DNA of 63,367 bases, counting the filler, from Conidiobolus incongruus B7586 (lineage: Eukaryota): assembly GCA_000697335.1 (NCBI GenBank). It is 23 parts of 23 records of this genome, joined end to end, with 100 filler letters (N's around TTAATTAATTAA, not from the genome) between each part and the next. Parts side by side here need not be neighbours in the genome. Positions count along the whole stretch, not along the records: positions 55,097 to 58,798 come from JNEM01005725.1; positions 58,899 to 60,214 come from JNEM01005726.1; positions 60,315 to 62,114 come from JNEM01005729.1; positions 62,215 to 63,367 come from JNEM01005730.1; 19 more parts are not named here. One strand, given 5' to 3'. A model generated the notes under the pieces. It searched no databases. It was given only the letters and a program-made list of their open reading frames with translations, and was not told where the DNA came from. The position numbers and the translations under genes were made by a program. How positions within the stretch are numbered: the stretch's first letter is position 1; each line of letters starts with the position of its first letter. Shown piece after piece: positions 55,150 to 63,367 of this stretch.

Positions 55150-55810
55150 ATTTGATATTTTTAATAAATTTATAATATAAATATATATCAATTTAATAAT
55201 GATATGTAAATAATTAAACTAATTATAACTCAATAAATAATGTCGAATTATAACCAAAAATATAGGTTTTTTTAAAACATCAAATTTAATAAATTTTAAA
55301 ATTTCAAATATAAAAGTTTATAAATTAAAATATCATATTAAAAGATTTTGTTTAATAGATTTAAATAAATAGATACTTTATATATAAATGATTATAAATT
55401 ATTATAAAAGATTATATAATATCTATATTTAGTTTTTAAAAATAAATAAATTATTTAAAATTCTTATAATATTTATAAATAAAATAATTTTAAATCAATA
55501 ATATTATAAATTAAAAATAAATATTATTTTGTATATTAATTACAAAATTAATAAAATTAAAGTTTTAAAAGATTTTTTATATTCGGTATATTTACTAAAT
55601 TAAAACCTATATGATTTTAATTACTTTAGCTAAATAAAATATTCTTGCAAGAAATAAAATTCCTAAATATAAATTAAATTAATTTATGAAATATCAAATT
55701 TCAGTATTTAATAAAAAGAAAACTTTGGTGGGTATTTAAGTATATTAAAAATATTGCAAAGAATAATTAAAGTTAAAAGAAAATATTAATACTTTATTCT
55801 TATATAATAT
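55150..55810 (+). mobile_element. Mariner family B relic, strongly diverged
   Basis: TAT TTA CTA AAT TAA AAC CTA TAT GAT TTT AAT TAC TTT (~55589) and AAATATCAAATTTCAGTATTTAATAAAAA match 47720-47850. Boundaries are approximate. Confidence 0.6.
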
Positions 55811-56001
55811 CTACAATATAAATTTTAATAATTATATTTAATTTTGATTTTAAATTTGTATGATTATTTAATTTCTTTACTTATAAATATAAAATCACAT
55901 TAAATAAATATAATAAAATATGAACCAAAAATTTTATTAGAGTATTAGGGGGAATGGAAATTAATTTTGGAACTTGAGATAAATGTATTGCCTTAACCAA
56001 A

Positions 56002-56577
56002 TCATTGACTAGCAGCAGATGCATCAGCGTTAGGTTCTCCATCATAAGGTGAACCACCGCCATATTGATTGTATCCACCATAGCTATTACCGTAGCCATA
56101 TTTCTTTCCAGGCGGTCCAGGAGGTCCAGGAGGTCCGGGAGGACCTGGAGGTCCAGGAGGTCCAGGGGGTCCATCCTTTCCAGGAGGTCCGGGAGGTCCA
56201 GGTGGGCCAGGTGGGCCAGCAGGTCCTGGAGGTCCAGGTGGACCAGCGGGTCCGGGAGGTCCTGGAGGTCCTGGAGGTCCAGGTTTACCATCTTTACCTG
56301 GAGGTCCAGGAGGTCCTGGGGGTCCAGGTTTACCATCTTTACCATCCTTACCAGGAGTCCCGGGAGGTCCAGGTGGACCAGCAGGTCCTTGAGGTCCTTG
56401 AGGTCCTGGAGGTCCGGGTTTGCCACCACCATAACCACCATAACCGCCACCATAAGGACTTGGTTTATATCCTCCTCCCTTACCAGATTCAGGTGAGAAA
56501 GCTTCTTCCCCTTGGCCAAGTGCGCCAGAGATCAAAGAGAAAATAATAGCGAAAGTAACAGTATTAAGCTTAACCAT
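56002..56577 (-). CDS. Secreted collagen-like protein, 191 aa, (Gly-X-Y)36 flanked by Gly/Tyr-rich arms
   Basis: Signal peptide of ~21 aa. Residues 52-159 are 36 uninterrupted triplets, 22 of them GPP. No Cys. TATATAAA lies ~57 nt upstream on the minus strand. Confidence 0.92.
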   Translation of the reverse strand: MVKLNTVTFAIIFSLISGALGQGEEAFSPESGKGGGYKPSPYGGGYGGYGGGKPGPPGPQGPQGPAGPPGPPGTPGKDGKDGKPGPPGPPGPPGKDGKPGPPGPPGPPGPAGPPGPPGPAGPPGPPGPPGPPGKDGPPGPPGPPGPPGPPGPPGPPGKKYGYGNSYGGYNQYGGGSPYDGEPNADASAASQ

Positions 56578-57255
56578 ATTGTAATTACTGTTAATATAAA
56601 TTTTTTATCTAAAGGTTTTGTCTAATGTCCGGGTTTATATAATATCAACTACTATTGATAATGGAGGCTAAGTTACTATTAATAATAAATTAATATTTAT
56701 TGAATTTTTTATCAGCCACACAGTCACTTTATGAATTTTAAAATCGAATTCGTATAAAAAATTTAATTAGACATTAAGTAAAACAATAGTTTCAAAAATA
56801 TACTCTATTTTATCCTACTCTATCCAATTTGAATATTTTTATAAATTTTCCATTTAAATTTTTATATTGCACCAATTGATTCATTATCTAACTTTGAATA
56901 TATTATTTTTTTTTATTATTTACTTTTCAAAAATTTAATTTGTTATTATTTTTGCACAAATATTTTTGCTATAAATTTTGTATTAATTTAGTAATATGCC
57001 CATACTGTTTAAGATAATAATTTTTGAAATAATTATCAAATTTGTTATAATACAATTATTCAAAGATAGGTAATATTTTTATATAATTATATATACTTAA
57101 TTTGAACTTAAATTTATAATCTTTTATGATTTCAATTTATTATTTTTTTTCATAGACTTTTATTATCTAATATTTGTTATTATTATATAGATTCTTTTAT
57201 TACCTAATACAGTATTGTAAAAAATTCTCAATATTATATCTTTAAATCATAATAC

Positions 57256-58217
57256 TATTGGGGTTTAAACTTGCCCCATTGGAAGGAATCCTGTAAAAGA
57301 ATAGAAAGTATTAGGCAAAAAAACCAAAAAGATAGATAAAAGATAAAAAAAATAAAGTTAAAATTAATAAAAATAGAGCACCTGGTTTATTTAAAAAAAT
57401 CAGATGGTTTAAATATTTCAGACTTATTAAACTTTGTCTTATAAAGTAGATTATCTAGAATATCATAAGTTTTTAGAATAAAGAGTTAAAATACTCCTTT
57501 ATTATCTTATCTTTTGAAAGTTAAAGTTTTATCCAGCTTAAATTAAAGATCTTTTGATTTGATAATTAGATGAAAAGAAAAATATATCCTTATACTTATT
57601 ATATTACCAATAAATCAAAAAAAATACATAGGCTATAAATATTTAGTAACAAAATAATAAATATATAAAAAAAATATAAATGAAAAAAGATAAACAAAAG
57701 CTAGATAATATATTAACCTAGTAATTTGCAAAAAAAAAATCAATAGATTAGCTTTGAAGATATAAGATTAATAATTTTAGCAAAAGCTCATAAACTTAAA
57801 ATTATTAATTATTATTTAAAAATTCTAGAATAAGTAATATAGAAAAAAAAGTAAAGTCTTAAAAAAAGGTTTAAGATAAAATATCTTAAATTAAATAATT
57901 ATTTTAACTAAATTAAATTAATCTTAAGATTTCTATAATAGTCCCTAATAGAATTATTATTTATTAGGGTTTAAACTTGCCTTATTAGATGGAATCCTGT
58001 AAAAAATTAGAATTATTAGGCAAAAAAACTAAAAAGATAAATAAAAAATAAAGAAAAAATAAAGTTAAAATGAATAGAAATAAAGTACTCAGTTTATTTA
58101 AAAAGGTCAAATTGTTTAAATATTCAAACTTATCAAATGATAGCTTATAAAATAGATTATTTAGAATATCTTAAGTTTTTAAAATAAGGAGTTAAAATAC
58201 TTTCTTAATACTTATTT
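57256..58217. mobile_element. TRIM-like element: two ~255-bp direct repeats (57256-~57511, 57962-~58217) around ~450 bp non-coding DNA
   Basis: The repeats align end to end (TATTRGGGTTTAAACTTGCC...GGAATCCTGTAAAA...TAGAATATC.TAAGTTTTTA.AATAA.GAGTTAAAATACT) and are homologous to the LTR-like unit at 32438 and 62749-63051. No TSD was resolved. Confidence 0.65.
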
Positions 58218-60363
58218 ATAGTATTAATATACTTAAATCAATTGATTTTATTATATTTAAAATATTTGAAAATTTGTTATAAAATATAATTTAAATAATC
58301 TAAAATAAAAATCAAAAAAAAATTAACAAAAATATAAATTATTATATATAATATTATGATAAACTGTTATTTTATATAAAATTCTCGAAATTATAAATTT
58401 TAATTAATAGTAAGAAAATATATTTTGTTAATTAAATTAACAATATAATTTATAATAATATAGTTGATAGAAAATTGATAATATAATTAATTCAACAAAT
58501 GTAATAATCTATCAATTATTATTGTCTTAATTATCCAATTTAAATTTATCTTTAATTTTGAAATTTCACACTAGCTAATTATTATCATTATTAATTTTAT
58601 TGATTTAAGTTATTGATTTTAAAATGAGAAACTTTTTATTATATATTTTATAATATAAAATCAAATTAATAAAATAAATAAGGATATTTTGAAATTTTTA
58701 AATCAGGTTATAAATTAATTAATATTTTTAAATAATAATATAATATTATAATTTATTTGATAATTTAATAATTTTAAAATTTAAAATTTATATTTTTANN
58801 NNNNNNNNNNNNNNNNNNNNNNNNNNNNNNNNNNNNNNNNNNTTAATTAATTAANNNNNNNNNNNNNNNNNNNNNNNNNNNNNNNNNNNNNNNNNNNNCA
58901 ATTATATACTGACAAAGCCAGCTTAAAATAGAAATAATATTGGTTTAGCTATCAAACTGGAAGAGATGATTAATTTTGAAATACAACAATATAAATAAAA
59001 CAATTATTATAAGTTTAAATATTAATTTAAATATTAAATAAATAATTAAAAAATATTAAATAAAAAAATAATTAAAAAAAGAATTATAAAAAAATTCTTA
59101 ATTAGTTTACCTTTGGTTTTAAGTTATTTAATAAATAATTTCTGTAATATTATAGTTTAATTTAGAAAATCGTTAGTTTATTATAATTATTATGGAATAA
59201 ATTAAAATTTATTATTAATTTTCAAAAAATAATTTTAAAGTTATTATAATATTATTTGACATTATTTTATAATTATTAAATTATAAATATTATAGATTAG
59301 GTTTATTATTATAACTTGAAAAGTTATTTATTGGTTTAATAATTAATATAAGTTTTTCAATATTATTAGGAGCATTTATTTTTTCTTAATATAATATTTA
59401 CTTATTTATTAAAAGTTTTTTATATAATTTTCAAATAAAATAGTCAATTATTTATGATTTATATAAATTAAAATCTATTTTAAAAGTTTAGCTTTATAAA
59501 TAATTAATTATAAATTAAAAGATATTATTTGTTAAAATTATTATAACAGATATAGCTAAAAAAATTATTAATTTTTTATATAAATTAATCCAAACTCTCT
59601 TAAAAAATTAAAATTTAATAATAGCTTCTTATTATATAATTTGTTAATAATATTTAATATAATTCAAAAAATCTTATTAAACTTTATAATAAGTTATTTT
59701 ATAATAAATTTTTTGTAAAAAAAGATTTTTTAATTACATCAACCTTATTTTTTAATTTAATTTTTTTAAAAAATTTAGCTATTTAAATAATTTAATTTTT
59801 TGAAATTATCTTTTTGAAAGTTTTTTAAGATTCAGATAATAATGAATTAATAATTTAAAATAAACTAAATTTTTAAAAAAAACTATTTAATTTAAGGATA
59901 TTTTTTAAATTTTCAATAAAGTTAATTTTAATTAATTTATTATATCTTCAAAATAACTTTTAAGTTAAAATAAATATTTACAAATTTTATAAATATATAA
60001 TTAATCTTTAAAATATTAAAATTTTATTTTATATATTATCTCTGATAATTATTAATTTATTGAATATAAACTTTTTAAGCTATTTTTTCTTAAAAATTAT
60101 ATGATATATTTTTTTAAATAATAACAAGCCTTTAATAATATAAATTTTAAAATAACTCAATAGTTAATTAATAATTTTTATAAAAATAATATAATATCAT
60201 TAATATATTATTATNNNNNNNNNNNNNNNNNNNNNNNNNNNNNNNNNNNNNNNNNNNNTTAATTAATTAANNNNNNNNNNNNNNNNNNNNNNNNNNNNNN
60301 NNNNNNNNNNNNNNTAACTTTATTTATTCACATATTATTTACTATAATTATAACTGATATATA

Positions 60364-61934
60364 TACTAATCTGCATAAGTAAGTTATAAAATCAAAAACA
60401 ATTATATTTTTACTAATAATTTAATTAATATTTAATAAAATAAACCTAAATTAAATAATTAAAATCTATTATATTTATTAATTATATATATCATTAAATG
60501 ATGATATTTAGCTATTAATTAGTTAAAGTATAAATCCTTAAATTTTACTTAGGATAAGTTATAAATTTGTAGGTTTTTGGTGATAAAAAAAATTAAAATT
60601 TAATATATTTACCTTTAGCTTTTTTAACTTCTTTAAGTTTGTAGGGTATAGAAATAACTAATTTCTTATACTAAAAAGGGTTAATCTTGTTTTATGCTTC
60701 TTGAACATATTTTTAAAGTTGATTTAAATTTTTTACTAAAGGGAAAACTTTAATAACTTTTTTTAACTAATCCTAAAAGTATTTAATTAGATTAAGGTTA
60801 AAAAATTAAAGAGGCTACTTTATAACTATTATCTTATTATTTTTAAATTATTTGGTAATAAAAGTTATAATATAACAAAAGGTATTATCTTACTAGAAAA
60901 TAACATTAGATTTGTTTAACTTATACTATTCAATAGTTTTTTTCAATTTATTATTTAGAATACTTTAGTATATTTCAGTATTAATTCCTTTATTAACTTT
61001 ACAAAGATACCTTATACTTAAAAATAATATATATCCTTAAATAATAATTAATTTATTATTATATTTTTAAGTAAAATTAATATAATAGTTATAAAATAAT
61101 TCTATATTTTTTTTAAAGTATCTAGTATTTTTATTAAATTTACTAAGTTATATTTTTATTTCATTAAAATAAATAACCTTATTCTAATTAGTTTTGGTTT
61201 AATATTAATAGTGATACTTAAACTCCCACTTAACTTTATAATGGGATTTCTTTAATTGGGGGTGTTTTTCTTAAGATATAAGTGGTATCTATGTTAATAT
61301 AAAGTATATATAATAATATCAGTGTTAATTAATATTCTAATATAGTTTTATAGTTCTTGTTATATTTCTACAGTAATACTATATTTGTTTATATTAATTA
61401 ACCTATAAATATACTTCTTATTATATTTATTTATAATCTTAACACACTTAAGTTTAAGTTTAAATATGTTTTTATTGTTATTTTTAACAACCTTAACTAT
61501 AATAAACTAACTAACACTAGTAATTCTAATAATATTATAAGTTGATTTACCTTTTTTACAAAGCTAATTAATATACAAGTAGATTTTTTTAAAGAGGGAT
61601 TTAAGTATAATAATACTAGTAAAAAAAATTTAATATATCTGTAAAATATTATATCAAATAATAACAAAGAGAGAAAAAAGATATAGTTATATATTATTAA
61701 ATATATCCCTTTATCTTCAAAACCTATAAATTTATGACTCACCTTAGTTAAATATTAAATGTTAATATTTTTGCTAATAGTTTACTAAATATATATAAAT
61801 ATATTTATTTATTATTAAATAATATACTTCAATTATATATTATAGTTTTAAATAATCTAATATATATAATTATTTTAGATATTAATTTAAATATATATAT
61901 ATTTGATTTTATAACTTTTTTTTGCAAATTAGTG
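60364..61934 (-). mobile_element. Tc1 family A full-length copy
   Basis: TA-TACTAATCTGCATAAGTAAGTTATAAAATC ... GATTTTATAACTTTTTTTTGCAAATTAGTG-TA. The internal region is collinear with the other copies. Confidence 0.9.
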
Positions 61935-62748
61935 TATAAGCATAATTAATATATATTTCTTTCCAACCTAATATTATATAAGTTAATCCATAAATATAAA
62001 ATTAAGCAAATTATTCAGATTTATTATTTATATCATATTTTACAAAATTAACTAAATTATTTATTCAAAATATATAAATCCTTTTATTTTACCAAATAAT
62101 GAATTTAATAACCTNNNNNNNNNNNNNNNNNNNNNNNNNNNNNNNNNNNNNNNNNNNNTTAATTAATTAANNNNNNNNNNNNNNNNNNNNNNNNNNNNNN
62201 NNNNNNNNNNNNNNTAAATTAATTAATAAAATTATTATATTATATAGTACAATATATTAATTTAGTTTTATTCATTATTTTAACGACAATATATTATAAT
62301 ATAATTTAATAATTAATATATATTCATTAATTAATAATTTTATTTTATTTTTTTATTAAATGATATTTATATTTAATTGATATATAACTTTATAATACTT
62401 TTTTTAATTAAAATATTATAAATTAAATAATATTTAATATTTTTATTATTAAAAAATTTCATTAAAATATAAATTAATAAATATAATAATTGATATAATA
62501 AATTAAATAATTCGTTAAGAAATTTTTATTAATTTAAAAATTTTTGGAATAATAAATCTCGCAATATTAAATTAATTAAATAATACTCTATTTTATGTTT
62601 TTTATATAAATCAAATTTATTTAAATTAAGAATTATATTTAAAACAATGGTATATTATTTATATATATAAAGTTTATCATCAATATATAGATATAATATT
62701 AAAATAAAAGTTCAATAATTTAAAAAAAAGTTTTTTTTAAAAGAATAT

Positions 62749-63367
62749 TGGTAAGATGTTAAGAATCCTTCTAAGCTGACAAGATGCAAATATTTCACAG
62801 AAGGGTACATTTTAACCCCTTGTTCTAAGTACTTGTGATATTCTAAAAATTCCATTTTATTAGCCACTTTTTAAGAAATTTGAATTAATTAAATTATTCA
62901 AATTTTCTTAAATAATCGCTCTCTTCTATTTTATTATCTTTAATTTTATTCTTCCTTTTATATTTTTACTTACTTTTTCTTTTGGTTATTTACCTAATAT
63001 TTCATTCTCTTTTATGTCATTCCTTTTCTCGAGTAAGTTTACATTCCTACACTTCTATCTTCAGGGATGAAGTTTTAAAACTTTAGATTATACAAGTAAT
63101 TCCTTTTCAAACTAAAGCACCTTAATTTTATTATAAATTAAAATTAATATAAACTAACTTGATAAATTAAGAATTTCTAAATTAAATTAGGAAAATGCAA
63201 TCACTAATTAATTAAATTTAATTTATTTTCAAATATTAATAAGTTTATATAGTTGAAAATAATATTTATTATATTGGAGATAATGAATATAATATAACTT
63301 TAATTATTAATTATTAATTAATATATAATTGAATATTGATTCAAGCTTTTAAACTTTTATTAGTAAA
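62749..63367. mobile_element. LTR-like unit (62749-63051, TG...CA) plus adjacent shared sequence; inverted partner of 32129-32627
   Basis: Bounded by TGGTAAGATGT...ACATTCCTACA, homologous to the 57256/57962 repeats, and near-identical to 32129-32627. Confidence 0.7.

Noticed and set aside
55881..56546. Three long alternative-frame ORFs over the collagen gene (LDL-, EVQ- and RSR-repeat proteins)
   Set aside because: They are expected by-products of a stop-free 9-bp GGA-CCT-CCT repeat. Only the GPP frame has a signal peptide and an upstream TATA.
58899..60214. Possible additional hypermutated TE coding relic
   Set aside because: Its composition resembles the other relics, but I could not recover a convincing motif or a second copy.

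Overview
Very AT-rich fungal genomic window. It is broken by 22 artificial 100-nt spacers (N44-TTAATTAATTAA-N44), so adjacency across these gaps is uncertain. Gene content and short AT-rich introns suggest an early-diverging, possibly Entomophthorales-like fungus; this is inference. Intact genes are an MFS monocarboxylate-porter-like transporter, a 94-aa secreted 6-Cys protein, a 4-exon Sct1/Gpt2-type glycerol-3-phosphate acyltransferase, tRNA-Ser(GCT), two about 95%-identical Sec14/CRAL-TRIO paralogs, a DUF4203-like membrane protein, and a secreted 191-aa mini-collagen with 36 uninterrupted Gly-X-Y triplets. The 3' end of a probable MET1-like methyltransferase runs into a gap. Much of the apparently empty AT-rich DNA is transposon relic sequence that the ORF track cannot show: about 8 copies or fragments of a Tc1 (DD34E) element with long IR/DR-type TIRs, about 7 copies of a mariner (DD34D) element, Ty3/Gypsy gag-protease, RT and integrase-chromodomain fragments, solo LTRs and a TRIM-like LTR pair. 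All long relics carry dense C->T/G->A transitions that by inspection fall mainly in CpA/TpG context, a RIP-like signature. The duplicated Sec14 genes and the short solo LTRs are spared. The leading candidates for a novel system are this TE-directed hypermutation defence and the fungal mini-collagen.
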